The notes beneath the pieces are model-generated. The model ran no database searches, had not been told where the DNA came from, and worked only from the letters and a program-made list of their open reading frames with translations. This document shows positions 1-10,766 of a DNA stretch of 64,000 nt, piece after piece. Source of the DNA: Trypanosoma brucei. Its lineage: Eukaryota. The DNA is taken from contig CM000208.1 of assembly GCA_000002445.1 (NCBI GenBank), positions 2,400,001 to 2,464,000 of the forward strand, in the 5' to 3' direction. The position numbers and the translations under genes were made by a program. Position 1 is the first letter of the stretch. Each line of letters opens with the position of its first letter.

Positions 1-448
1 CGACCGTTGCCATTGCGAGCCGTGCTCACCAGGATGTTTCCTTGGAAACGGTGTGGGTCCCATGATCCCTTTCATCCACGAATGGAGTGTTGTGGTACTG
101 ACTTGCACTGATTCACTAGTTTTCTTGTAAATTACTGCTACCATTACTAGTATCGCCGTTAGTGCCGCAGATGCACTTGTGTTGTGATGATATATTTAGT
201 TTTCAACGTCACCGCTGAATGAATACCACTACGGTAAGGGAAGCCCGTCGCAAAGAGGTACGCAAAGGGAGCTGTGAGCGCCCCTTCCTTCTTGTGCTTT
301 GCTGACGCTCGGAAGACCCCACCTATAAATGGCTAGTATTACAGTTATTATTTTAGTGTCATTTGTTACGAGTTTTGTAAAGAATCTGCATGTTTCTGCA
401 TCTGAGTTTTATTCTTAGAAAGAAAGTGGAAACAGGAAAGAGGCGACG

Positions 449-1246
449 ATGGTTCTTATTGAGTGCAAGCGTTTACCAAAGGATGAGTATAGTAAGGACT
501 ATGACGTATTTCTAGTGTCCATGCCTGGAAGTACAAACATTGGTGAAGCGACGGATGCACTTCAAAAAATGCGCAACACTCGGGTGCGTATAAAATGGAT
601 GTGTGCGGCAGCGAAGCAGCTTGCAAAAGATTTCTGCTCGGATGAGCAAAAGCACCACCTGTTGGGGGCTGTAGAGGATGCAGAGCGCTACATGGCCATT
701 GAGCGAGCAGAAAATCGTCAGTTGTGCTCTCAGGAAGACCTAGACGCCCATATTGCAGCCTTCAAGGGAAGTGCGATGATTTTGTTCCCGGCGGAATGCA
801 GTGGCACCGACGCCGTGAAACGGCTGGCCCTCGTTCTTGATGATGAAAACACAACTGATTTGGAGCGCTCGAAGGCGCACCGCCTTTTGAGTATCATCGA
901 CGATGGTGCCGCTACTGAGGATATTCTCCAAGGACCAGCGGTAATGTGGTGGAGTGGTAAGCCACTTGATAGAAATGCAGATTTTACCAAGTATGTCGGA
1001 AAGAATGAAAAAACAAAAATAACGATGAAGCTGGCGGCCAAGGATGCACCTCCGCCACCACGCGAACCGGCTGTGGACGCCAAAACACAGTCAGAGATGA
1101 TGGCTTTCTACTTTAAAAAGCAGGAAGAAATGAAGAAACTCATTGAAGACGAGGACCTCACCTATGGTAACAGTGCTTGGGCGGATCCCCGTGGGCTGAG
1201 GTCACAGTTGCACGGTTTCGATGGAGTTAAGTACAAACCTGGGTAA
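449..1246 (+). CDS. CFAP298: Cilia/flagella-associated protein 298 (C21orf59/Kurly/FBB18, DUF2870) homolog
   Basis: 265 aa. The C-terminal half aligns by eye to human C21orf59: YVGKNEKTKI, AP(P)REP, QEE(M/L)K(K/R)LxE(D/N)(E/D)D, NS(A/P)WAD and HG(F/V)xxxK(Y/W)(K/R)P. The N-terminus begins MVL..KR like the human protein. Confidence 0.75.
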   Translation: MVLIECKRLPKDEYSKDYDVFLVSMPGSTNIGEATDALQKMRNTRVRIKWMCAAAKQLAKDFCSDEQKHHLLGAVEDAERYMAIERAENRQLCSQEDLDAHIAAFKGSAMILFPAECSGTDAVKRLALVLDDENTTDLERSKAHRLLSIIDDGAATEDILQGPAVMWWSGKPLDRNADFTKYVGKNEKTKITMKLAAKDAPPPPREPAVDAKTQSEMMAFYFKKQEEMKKLIEDEDLTYGNSAWADPRGLRSQLHGFDGVKYKPG

Positions 1247-1861
1247 AATGTGAAGCAAGTACGTTTTTCTCCCCACGGGCACCTCGTATATTATTTCCAT
1301 TATTATTATTATTGTTCCCAATGGTCTGCTCTTTCTTTTTTTTTTTTGTCCCCTACACTGCGAGGTAGTGTGCTCGCATCTACGTATGCCTCCTCGTGAA
1401 TGCAACGAAACAACATGAGAATGAACGAGGAGAGTGATAAACTTCATGTTAGATTGTTATAGAAACTTCTCAAGTGCGTGCGTGGGGAGTACGTGTTGTA
1501 CCTTGTCTATGCGCCACTGCTGTTGCGTTTTGTTCTCAGATCCCTTATCCCAATATTTTCGCTGTTTGCACCCGCCGGTTTACATCGATGGGTCCGAGCA
1601 CTGTGTTTGTCGGTGCTCACCGCATGTGAAATACTTTCTCCTGCAGAGCGGATGCAACGCGTACTCACACGCACAGGGTTATACATATATACACATATGC
1701 ATATTTCCGTAGTGATAATAGCAAACATAAATTCTTTGACATACCCCTTTGCTTGTCCCTGGAGACCTCGATGTTCCTCAATGCACAACAATCGTACGGC
1801 TTTCACTTCTCTTACCCTTTCTTTTAAAAATACACCTAACCACCTCGTATCACTATAAAAA

Positions 1862-1890
1862 AATATATATATATATATATATAGTATATA
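1862..1890. repeat. (TA)n microsatellite
   Basis: A run of about 11 AT dinucleotides directly visible in the RPL18 upstream region. Confidence 0.9.
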
Positions 1891-1895
1891 ATAAA

Positions 1896-1930
1896 TCATA
1901 GGTTTCAACTCTTTTTCTCTTACCTTCCCG
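1896..1930 (+). promoter_or_regulatory. Polypyrimidine tract + AG: probable trans-splice acceptor region for RPL18
   Basis: ttcaactctttttctcttaccttccc lies 10-40 nt upstream of ATG 1937. This is the kinetoplastid SL trans-splicing signal architecture, from established knowledge. Confidence 0.5.
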
Positions 1931-1936
1931 GTAATA

Positions 1937-2518
1937 ATGGGCGTAGACCTCACCGGAGTGCAGAAGAAGAAGCGGGTGGTACGCCACCACACCTACTCGA
2001 CGAACCCGTACATAAAGCTTCTCATCAAGCTGTACAAGTTCCTTGGGAAACGTACCAATTCCCCATTCAATAAGCTCATTCACAAGCGTCTGCTCAAGAG
2101 CCGTAACAACCGTGCGCCCATCTCACTCAGCCGCATTGCTGTCTGCATGAGGCGCCGCACCGTATGGCTTAAGAAGGGGAAGAAGTCACCAATTGCCGTC
2201 ATTGTTGGTGACGTGCTCGATGATGTTCGCATGACCCGCATTCCAGCCCTCCGTATCTGCGCCCTCCGCTTCTCGAAGAGCGCCCGCGAGCGCATTACTG
2301 GTGCTGGTGGCGAGTGCTTAACCTTTGATCAGCTTGCGATGATGGCACCGACGGGGAAAAACACGATGTTGCTCCGTGGCCGTAAGTCTGGACGCGAATC
2401 AGTGAAACACTTTGGCGCTGCAGGTGTTCCTGGAAGCCACGCGAAACCGCATGTGTCGTCACGTGGAAAGGAAAGGCAGCGCTCGAGCAAACGGCGTCAC
2501 GCCTTCCGTCACAAGTAG
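1937..2518 (+). CDS. RPL18: 60S ribosomal protein L18 (eL18)
   Basis: 193 aa. MGVDLTGV..RHHTYSTNPYIKLLIKLYKFL..NRAPISLSRIA is the conserved kinetoplastid/eukaryotic L18e signature. It is basic throughout, and a polyY tract plus AG lies just upstream (1896-1930). Confidence 0.92.
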   Translation: MGVDLTGVQKKKRVVRHHTYSTNPYIKLLIKLYKFLGKRTNSPFNKLIHKRLLKSRNNRAPISLSRIAVCMRRRTVWLKKGKKSPIAVIVGDVLDDVRMTRIPALRICALRFSKSARERITGAGGECLTFDQLAMMAPTGKNTMLLRGRKSGRESVKHFGAAGVPGSHAKPHVSSRGKERQRSSKRRHAFRHK

Positions 2519-3755
2519 GTGGGGAAATGAAAGAGAGTTTGATTCATCTTTTGTGTTTATTTCCTTCTTTAGTAATTGGTTTTTGACCACGTTTACACCC
2601 CAAACATTCTCTTGTTTTGTTCTGTGATGGAGGAGAGGTTGCGCTGGAGCCCTCTCCCCAGATTTGATTCACGTGAATGTGGCGCTTCTTTGCTATACTG
2701 AAAAACAAAGGTTGTGCTTCCTTTTCTTTGATTCTTTCCGTGCAGCGTTAGTTATGCCAGTGTTATTGGCGCCTTCATGTTACGGTGCGTGTTAGGCCTA
2801 TCTCAACTTTCGGAACCAAACAAGGAAGTTATGGCACCTCCTAATATTTGGTGAATAAGCGTGAACGGTCGGAAGTAACAAAGGAACAGTCCACGTAGCA
2901 AGGGACAATTTCAAACGTCGGCAACACAAAAGGGGCTGGCGGGGGGCCGTGCGTGAGGGAAATCAGGGGTTAAGACAGCGGCCGCGTTGCTGTGCTCTTT
3001 CCTGCAAATTTAGGTCGTCTCGGCTTACTCGTTCGCGAGGTCCCACCTGGGCACCAACGGAGAATTTAGTTTTTTCTTATTCCTCCAGTTGTATCATTTG
3101 TATTCAATGATGATTGGAGAGCGAAACTAACGCCGGAGGTGATCCTATTGGGCGTGATTGCGAGCTACGTGATTCTATTCGCGCTTGCTTCTGTGCTTCA
3201 CGAAGTAGGTGTCCGGCACACCAGCATTGTTCAAATGACACTCATAACTCCACTTCATTGGGTGATCGTGTGAGTTTATTACCTCGGTATGCCACTGCTG
3301 CCTTCTGGCCCCTGAAAACCTCCATTTTTTTAGCTCTTTTTTTTCGCCCTCACTGCAACTATACATTTGGTAGTAACGTGAGACTTTGGGTGCATCCCGT
3401 GTGAGAGATGGTAGTCGTGCGATTGTAGTGCTGGAGTCATTTTCTCCAGGTACCTCCATAACTCAAGGAGCACGTCTCTACCCATGTATGTTTATTGTTG
3501 CGTTATTTCGAATACCTTCTTCCCATTTGTTGTCCATGATGATCCTTAAAAAACGCTCACGTTATTTCAGAAGCCATAATAAGAGCATAGCAGTGTCAAC
3601 AGGAAGTGAAGTTGGAAAACGGGAAAACGCAGGCAGCGTTAGTACGTAAGGAAAAAGAGGTGGCATATACGGAGGAAGAGAGTCAGGAAAGAAAGTGCAG
3701 GTGGGAAAGAAGTGGAGGTGAGCCAATATCCGGTTGCCTTCCGTTAAAGTCCAGT

Positions 3756-6371
3756 ATGAGCGTCTCCTTTTTTGTTCAGGAGGTGCGTTCAAACCCCGCT
3801 GTCGATGCTGAAACAGCAGCTGTGACAAGTCTCAACACGCTCTTTCATAAGTCAGGGCTGTACCTTTCTACGGCCTCCACGCAGCTTCACGTGACGCCAG
3901 AAGCGGTTTGTGTCATTGACGCCCAGGACCTCTACGCAATCGCACGATATGCCCACATTCTTGTCACCAACAGAGATGTGCAGTGTGACTTTAGTGCTCT
4001 TTCCAGTGTGTTGTGGAACCAGGTGAAGAATGTCGGTGACAGGATTGATGTGTATCTTCATTTACTGGAGAGCGCGGGTCACGCACGACAGTCAAGAGCT
4101 GCGTTGGACTTGCAGCCGTTACATCTTACGCTGCTGACCCACGCGCTCTACATTTTACGGCAAATTGAGGAGCCTCACGCAAGGCAGGAAGTACGAGATG
4201 CAGTCAGCATCGTGCAAAAGGATGTTGAAATGGTGGTGCGACTCGGAAAGAAACTTTTGCACGTCCTTGGTGACGCTTTGGACAAAAGTGGCGTTGCTGA
4301 CAACCGTTTTCTGCTAGCAGCGGAGATGGCTTTGTGCGCAGCGGAGATGTTTGCTGCTTCCATCGCGTCACGGAGTGCCATTGATGTGAGCCCTCTAATC
4401 ACTTTTTTCAATTCAGAGGCCTCGTGGCGGCTCAGTGGGATAAGTATCGAGGCGACGGGAAGTTACTGTGGTGCACTACATCGACTTATTCGTACCCTCT
4501 TCGCTAGACAAAACGACTTCGATGGTGTGGAACGCGTGACGGCGAAGCTGCTTGTGAACCGGCTGACGACGAGACCACCATTTGACTGGGAAATGTTCAA
4601 GAGAATACACCCGCCGCACAAGGGGACCGTAACACCGCAGTACATCGTCCTTTGCAACATGAGTACCGTGCAACTCTGCATTCGGAAGCTGCTGCTACAG
4701 AATCATTCCTATGTAAGTGCCTTGAAGAAAAACTGTATACGTCTCTTACAGGAAATGAGTTCTCGAAAAGAGATGCTTTCCTTCTACCAGGTCCCGCTGC
4801 TTGCCGCGCTTCAAGGAATGCCAGAGTTTGATCTCTCTGACGATGCGCAGCTGCAGCTACGAGCGGTGGAAACTCACCTAGGAAATAATGAACAGATAAT
4901 GCAACCCAACTTTCTTCGGATTCTGATGGCGTATGGATACACCGTCCCACATGAGCAACACAATCCACTAACCCGTGGGTCTGTTCTCTCTCTATTTAGG
5001 GCTGTGACTGAGCAACTTTTCCAACTCCCCATGATTCAATCTGGTAATGTGAACAAAATGACCCACACCCTTTTGCAGCCACCTGTCCCGACACTGTCGT
5101 TTATTCGCCTAGTGGTCGAGGCATCATCCAATGATGTGGAAACGGCTTCTGAGGTTCTTGCCGAGATGATGAAGGTTCTCACAACGATGTATGAGGCGAG
5201 CGTAGCGCAATGTGAGCTCTACCAAACTCCGGTGCGGGTATCCAAACCGCTGCGGCGAGTCCTTGCACTTACGATGACGTTATTGTTCGAGTTTTTTAGA
5301 TTCCCATCGTTCGTAAAGGCTGTCAACCACATCACCGCATTGGAGGCGCTTGCGAGGATCTACGCCATAGCGCGATTGTACGTAACTGCCGAAAGCAATG
5401 CAACTGAGACTGAGAGGAAAAGCGCTATGAGATTACTCGTGAGGATGGCCGCGAAACTTGTTGTGGTATCCGAAAGCATGAAGGTGCCGGAGGTGAACAC
5501 ATTTTTCGTGGATTCCCTTTTGCCACTCAGCTCGATGGAGTCGCTGACACACCGTAACCACCAACAGTATGCACTGCTTGAGGCATACCTAAGAGCATTT
5601 GCCTCCGGCGCCGTTGTGACGGTGATGGAGGAGGAAACACTGCTGAAACATTGGGTTGATGTCTCACTGCGTTGCATTACAAATCGCCTTAGTGGCGCGT
5701 TAGCCGTGGCGGGATTAACGTTTCTTTCCGCCGTTTTCCTGTCGAAACGGGCTGTCGCCCCTCTTTTTGTACCAACGTACGTGGAGTTGATGGTCCCCAC
5801 TTCGCAGCCTTCGCGTTATGGGGAGCCGCCCCTATATTTGACGCGACGCTTCGCTAAAACTGTGCGCGCGTGTTGTCAGGCGCTCGAGGGTTGCGATGAG
5901 CGTGCGCTGGAAGAAATTATCCATGATCAAAACTCATCTGTTGCCAAAGTTGTAAGGGATATGTTTGGAAACGACAAGAATCTATCGTTGCTTGAAAATA
6001 TCCGGCCTATAAGTAGTATACTTTTAGTTGTTTCATCACTGTTTGACAAAGTGTGTGCTCTCTTAGGGAATACGGCCGGACCCGCCCTTGCCACCACTCA
6101 AGACCGATTGGCCAGGTTTCAGGTATATTACTCAGCGCTAATTAACCTTCTACAGTGCCGCAGTACTGCTGTACTACATCGAGTGTGTGCTTCCGTAGAA
6201 GCCGTAATGTTGGAGCAGCTTCGTGGTGTACCAAGTGTGCAGGCACAATGGATTAAGCACATTGGAAACATTGTTGATTCACTTCAGGGAATAGGAAAGA
6301 CAGCTGTTGCAGAGTGGTTTCTCGTTCTGAGTGAGAGGACAAAGAAAATGATTCCGCACGCGAGGCTGTAA
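3756..6371 (+). CDS. Hypothetical protein (large, helical; no recognisable domain)
   Basis: The long ORF runs 3606..6371. The first 50 codons are purine-rich and UTR-like, so I place the start at the in-frame ATG 3756 (MSVSFFVQEV). The protein is about 871 aa with protein-like composition. Function unknown. Confidence 0.55.
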   Translation: MSVSFFVQEVRSNPAVDAETAAVTSLNTLFHKSGLYLSTASTQLHVTPEAVCVIDAQDLYAIARYAHILVTNRDVQCDFSALSSVLWNQVKNVGDRIDVYLHLLESAGHARQSRAALDLQPLHLTLLTHALYILRQIEEPHARQEVRDAVSIVQKDVEMVVRLGKKLLHVLGDALDKSGVADNRFLLAAEMALCAAEMFAASIASRSAIDVSPLITFFNSEASWRLSGISIEATGSYCGALHRLIRTLFARQNDFDGVERVTAKLLVNRLTTRPPFDWEMFKRIHPPHKGTVTPQYIVLCNMSTVQLCIRKLLLQNHSYVSALKKNCIRLLQEMSSRKEMLSFYQVPLLAALQGMPEFDLSDDAQLQLRAVETHLGNNEQIMQPNFLRILMAYGYTVPHEQHNPLTRGSVLSLFRAVTEQLFQLPMIQSGNVNKMTHTLLQPPVPTLSFIRLVVEASSNDVETASEVLAEMMKVLTTMYEASVAQCELYQTPVRVSKPLRRVLALTMTLLFEFFRFPSFVKAVNHITALEALARIYAIARLYVTAESNATETERKSAMRLLVRMAAKLVVVSESMKVPEVNTFFVDSLLPLSSMESLTHRNHQQYALLEAYLRAFASGAVVTVMEEETLLKHWVDVSLRCITNRLSGALAVAGLTFLSAVFLSKRAVAPLFVPTYVELMVPTSQPSRYGEPPLYLTRRFAKTVRACCQALEGCDERALEEIIHDQNSSVAKVVRDMFGNDKNLSLLENIRPISSILLVVSSLFDKVCALLGNTAGPALATTQDRLARFQVYYSALINLLQCRSTAVLHRVCASVEAVMLEQLRGVPSVQAQWIKHIGNIVDSLQGIGKTAVAEWFLVLSERTKKMIPHARL

Positions 6372-6968
6372 TCCTTCTTTTCGCCCCTTTTTTGGGATGA
6401 GGTGGGTGTAGATAAACAACAGCAAAAAAAAAGGAAATGTGTGGAGGGAGCCCAAGCTCTTTCTTTCTTTTTTTTTTTTACTTGCCTACCTTTCTTGCGT
6501 TGAGTGGGGTCTGGTTAATCCGTAGGGGAGCTTACGACTAATGGCAGCAGCCTGTCTGGAGCACAGATCGCCTTGTGACATGGTTGATTGAGAGTTGGGC
6601 ACCAAACTAAAAGGGAAATCTGTTTCCAAAGATGTGCAAAGCGGTGGAGAGGGAACGGACTGAGGGTTTGCGTTGGTTGAACCGTAATGCTTAAAAGGCA
6701 ATATTCTACGTAAACGAAGAGAGTTACATGAGTATTTGGACCAAAGCGCCCTCTTAGTCCTTTTTTCTTATCCGCGAATATGGCGAGGATGCGAGGATCC
6801 ACGTCCTTCACAGCGTACCTCAAAGGGGGGTTTGGGTGCATGTCTACGGTGGGAATTATAAATTCAGAAGCAATTTGTAAACGTCACATCAGCTTAAATA
6901 GATGCGAGATTCAAAAAGTAAAGAGGTAGGATTACATCCCCAGCTATTTACGGTGCTGCAAACCGATC

Positions 6969-6996
6969 ATCTTTTTTCTTATCAGTTTATTTCAGA
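6969..6996 (+). promoter_or_regulatory. Polypyrimidine tract + AG: probable trans-splice acceptor for the ABC1 kinase gene
   Basis: cttttttcttatcagtttatttcag lies inside the 5' over-extension of ORF 6902, which is why I prefer ATG 7049 as the start. Confidence 0.45.
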
Positions 6997-7048
6997 GAGT
7001 TCGTTGTTCTTCCCGTGTCTGTGGTTAGGTGCGCCAACACTGAATGAA

Positions 7049-8596
7049 ATGACAGTAAACGCAATTACAGGTTCTATTGGTAATGTGGCGCGTGGTGTTG
7101 CAAAGGTGGTGAGCGCTGTGACTGGAGCTAGCTGTTCAGGTGGGGTATCCTCAAATGTCAATGCTTTCGCATCGGCGGTACAGCGGAGAACTCCTACAGC
7201 CAAAAAACCATCACCATTGCCAAGGGAGCTACAGACACACCTCAATGGTTCCAACAGGGCGAAAATGAGGACCGCCGTGTATCGAACAGTACCCTCAACA
7301 CGGGCCGCCAGGGCGGCTGGGTTTGGCACCCTTTTCCTAAGGCTTGGTTGGGATAAACTTGTGGGCTCCGAGGCGGGAGATAAAATGCTCCCTGTTAACA
7401 GCCACATGCGCATTGTAGAGACCCTTTGCCGGATGCGTGGGGCGGTTATGAAACTCGGACAGATGCTCAGCATTCAAGATGATAATACGATTCCGTCCAA
7501 CATCACCAGTTTATTTGAGCGCGTGCGGGATAGTGCTTATGCCATGCCACCTAAGCAGCTAGAGCAGACGCTGGCGAAGGAGTACAACGACAAAAATTGG
7601 AGGCAGGAACTTTTCAAGGAGTTCATCACGGAGCCCATTGCGGCAGCTAGCATTGGGCAGGTGCACCGAGCTGCCGTTAGCGACCAAGACACGGGTGAAA
7701 AGGTAGCCGTAGCCGTGAAGGTACAATACCCCGGTGTGGCCCAGAGCATTGACTCGGACGTGGCGAACTTACGTATGCTTATGTCGTTGAACATTCTGCC
7801 CCCGGGAATGTTTGTCGACAACATCCTGGACGAATTGCAACAAGAATTGAAGACGGAGTGTTCCTATAGTAAAGAAGCAGAGAAGCAACTGCGGTATGCC
7901 GAATTGTTGCAGCAAAGCCCGGAGCTTAAGGAAGTTTTCGTCGTCCCGAAGGTATATAAGTCCCTTTCAACGGACCGTGTGCTTGTCACGCAGATGCTAT
8001 CGGGTGTGTCGATTGACAAACTTGCCTCGTTGGTGGGGATGCAGGACGTGAAGGATTACGTTGCACGCTCTATGTTGCACCTGACACTTACCGAACTCTT
8101 CCAATGGCGTTTCATGCAGACCGATCCCAACTATTCAAACTTCCTATTTTGTCCCCAAACAAACAAAATTGGTCTTATCGACTTCGGAGCGGCCCGTGAG
8201 TACAACCAAGAGTTTGTGAAGGATTACCTTGATGTTGTTGCCGCGGCCGCACGCCGAGACCGCCAGACAGTTATTGAAAAAAGCATTAAACTGGGGTTTC
8301 TGAAAGGTAACGAGATGAAGGAGATGCTGAACGCCCACGCGGAAAGTGTGTTGCTTTTGGGTTTGCCCTTCAACAACCGGGACGTACCATTCGATTTCTC
8401 AAAGGAGAACTTGCCTTCGCGCATTCAGGGTTACGTGCCAACGATAGTCAGATTGCGGCTTTGTCCGCCTCCTACGCCCATCTACTCACTGCACCGTAGA
8501 CTCAGCGGTGCCATTCTGCTTTCGACAAAACTGAAGGCAACTGTTCCGTCGGGTGAACTCTTTTGGAATATATACGATGAATTAACGAGCGTGTGA
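7049..8596 (+). CDS. ABC1/UbiB-family atypical protein kinase (ADCK/COQ8-like), probably mitochondrial
   Basis: UbiB hallmarks: KLGQ motif (GAVMKLGQMLS), AAASIGQVHRA, VAVKVQYPGV and the DFG-like IDFGA. The ORF-track start at 6902 reads through a polyY tract plus AG at 6969-6996, so I use the first ATG after it, 7049 (MTVNAITG..). Confidence 0.85.
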   Translation: MTVNAITGSIGNVARGVAKVVSAVTGASCSGGVSSNVNAFASAVQRRTPTAKKPSPLPRELQTHLNGSNRAKMRTAVYRTVPSTRAARAAGFGTLFLRLGWDKLVGSEAGDKMLPVNSHMRIVETLCRMRGAVMKLGQMLSIQDDNTIPSNITSLFERVRDSAYAMPPKQLEQTLAKEYNDKNWRQELFKEFITEPIAAASIGQVHRAAVSDQDTGEKVAVAVKVQYPGVAQSIDSDVANLRMLMSLNILPPGMFVDNILDELQQELKTECSYSKEAEKQLRYAELLQQSPELKEVFVVPKVYKSLSTDRVLVTQMLSGVSIDKLASLVGMQDVKDYVARSMLHLTLTELFQWRFMQTDPNYSNFLFCPQTNKIGLIDFGAAREYNQEFVKDYLDVVAAAARRDRQTVIEKSIKLGFLKGNEMKEMLNAHAESVLLLGLPFNNRDVPFDFSKENLPSRIQGYVPTIVRLRLCPPPTPIYSLHRRLSGAILLSTKLKATVPSGELFWNIYDELTSV

Positions 8597-9416
8597 TCTC
8601 CTACTCACAGGGTGTTGGGCTGCGTACACTCTTTTTTGTGGTCATCATCATTTTATTCTGGTGAGTTTTATGCTCTATGCGGCATTATATAAACACATCC
8701 ACGGGGTGCAGATATGCATTCTTCTGTTCATCCTTGTTCTTTGTGTATGCGTTTATCAATTAACAAGCAACCGTCGGTTTACACCTCTGAAAGTACGTAG
8801 AGCCCGCGTGGCTCTTTGTATTCCCTCCGTGTTACGTATAGTGCAGCTTCATCAGCGGTAACGAGAACATCACCACATCCCTTCCACCTTCTTGCTACTT
8901 CTAACGAATCTATCTTTGGAATAGTCTTGTTAGAGAAGACGTAGAGTTGCTTTTCGCATTGGTTTTAAAGGACAACAACCGTCACCTAGAAGTAGAGAGT
9001 ACGAGTTCCCCCTGCTGCGCAACCAGAGGGTTTGTCCGTCCCTTTCTTCGCAGGGTTGACATCACAATAAGGAGAGAGAAAAGACAAACGCAAAAGCGAC
9101 GTAATAGAACATTTATACACTGATTCGAGAGAAAGCTCAAAATTTAAGGGGCAAGTGAGTGTCTTCTTTGTGCGAAAACGTTTCATATTAGTGAACCATC
9201 GAGAACAAATTTCTTACGCACACAAAAAAGGGGGAATTAACGTGGTTGATACGGTGGAACCGAGGCGAGGCGACTCCACAAAACAAAAAGCGCGGCAGCA
9301 AGAACGAACAACGAAAAGGCTTATATTACGAGAAAGCTTAACTGAGTCAACGTAGCACCTGGCTGAAGGTGAAGGGGAACAGTAATAAACAAGAGGGGAA
9401 ATCGCAACAGTGAATA

Positions 9417-10766
9417 ATGCAGCATCAACTTAGAGAAGAGCAGATGCGAGCGACATTGAAACAGCTTCAGACGGATGTAAATGAATTACTTGACGATCAG
9501 GAACAATACATACGGTTTGTATACGGCAAGATTAGGGGACAGCTAGAGAGGATGCACCACATGATAGCCTCGGGCGGCGATGCCGCGACTGCACTTGGAA
9601 ATTGCTCAAGCTACCTCGGAAGCATGGACCATCTCACGCAGGCATATACTGGTTGCATGACAGATGGTCAGCGTAGTGGTGCGGCTGGGGGTTGCTCGCT
9701 TCCGGCTGCCTCCACTCCGTTAAGTGAACGTATACAAGGAATGCTGCCCCCGCTACGTAACCTCATGATGGAGGGCCTTACGCAGACAGACTGTACACAA
9801 TGGGCTGCGTTAACAACGGCCCCAGGCCACGAAGATTCACCAACGAAGTCCCCACAAAAACAATGGGGTGATGAGGGTCAGGTTTGTAGTGCTGTTAATG
9901 CTGCGGTGGACTACACATGCTTTGATCCCATCGGTAGTGTAGGTGGTGATGATGATTTGCAGCAGAGTGCAGAAGGAAGCCTACTTTCACCGTATGCATG
10001 TGGCGATGACCTCAGGCACGAGCAGCTGCATCAGGGGGATCTGATTGGTCAGGGCACCAAAGCAGACGTTATTCACATCGGCACAATCAACTCGTTATCA
10101 AATCAGCATGTCACAACAAGCGTAAGGGTGGAGTATGTAAATGGACGGCCCAAAGCTGTGTCTATCCCCGATGGGGCGCCGGAAGATCCAGAAAGGTTAG
10201 GCATTGATGTCCATTCACCGTGCAAGGTAATGGTGGAATTTAAGAGAAAGCGTGTGCTCCAGTTTGAGTCGAAGGAGTATGTTCCTCCAGGAAGTTGTGT
10301 GGTTGTTGGTGGTGACCGCGGGGAGGATATTGGCCTCGTAACGTACACTTGGTGTGAAACAACACGACCATTAAGTGGGGGAGTTGACACCTCTTGCGCC
10401 TCTGACACCACTAATGGAAGCGTAGGGAGCAAAGGAGTTGTTGTTGGTGTTGGTCTCGCTGGCAGTGCCTTCACGCGTAACATTGGCCTTGGGTCGGGAA
10501 CTGTGCTTCGTCTTGCTGATGAATCGGACGTTACGCAGTTGCACACGGTACAGGTGGAGTTGGAGCGTCGTGCGATTGATGTCTGTTCGCAACGCGTACT
10601 CGAGCGTGGGTTACCCATGACTATCGTTGATGCAGAATATCAATTTGACAAGAACAAGCTTACATTCTTCTACGAGGCACAACAACGCATGGACTTCAGG
10701 GAGTTGGTTCGCGACCTTTACAAAACCTTTCGAGCAAGAATATGGATGGAGGCAGTGGAGAACTAA
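9417..10766 (+). CDS. PSP1 C-terminal conserved-region domain protein
   Basis: The C-terminus (VDAEYQFDKNKLTFFYEAQQRMDFRELVRDLYKTFRARIWM) matches the PSP1-C (PF04468) core KLTFYY..RVDFRELVRDL. The N-terminal two thirds are low-complexity. Confidence 0.75.
   Translation: MQHQLREEQMRATLKQLQTDVNELLDDQEQYIRFVYGKIRGQLERMHHMIASGGDAATALGNCSSYLGSMDHLTQAYTGCMTDGQRSGAAGGCSLPAASTPLSERIQGMLPPLRNLMMEGLTQTDCTQWAALTTAPGHEDSPTKSPQKQWGDEGQVCSAVNAAVDYTCFDPIGSVGGDDDLQQSAEGSLLSPYACGDDLRHEQLHQGDLIGQGTKADVIHIGTINSLSNQHVTTSVRVEYVNGRPKAVSIPDGAPEDPERLGIDVHSPCKVMVEFKRKRVLQFESKEYVPPGSCVVVGGDRGEDIGLVTYTWCETTRPLSGGVDTSCASDTTNGSVGSKGVVVGVGLAGSAFTRNIGLGSGTVLRLADESDVTQLHTVQVELERRAIDVCSQRVLERGLPMTIVDAEYQFDKNKLTFFYEAQQRMDFRELVRDLYKTFRARIWMEAVEN

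Noticed and set aside
1-110. Open frame at the window start that could be the 3' end of an upstream gene
   Set aside because: It is only about 36 codons before a stop with no recognisable motif, so it cannot be supported.
6902-7048. 5' extensions of track ORFs (6902-7048, 3606-3755, 25985-26356, 27605-27754, 36253-36420, 24799-25065, and the GTG/TTG starts at 45620, 46856, 56410, 59825, 31381)
   Set aside because: The extensions have non-protein-like composition and read through polyY plus AG splice-acceptor signals. The first downstream ATG was preferred.
10103-10618. 171-aa minus-strand ORF, plus similar minus-strand ORFs at 22486..23022, 44721..45200, 62650..63174 and 5360..5800
   Set aside because: All lie wholly inside + strand genes with clear homology (PSP1, helical-repeat protein, WDR55, PPR). 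Their composition is S/T/R/L-rich, typical of antisense shadow ORFs.
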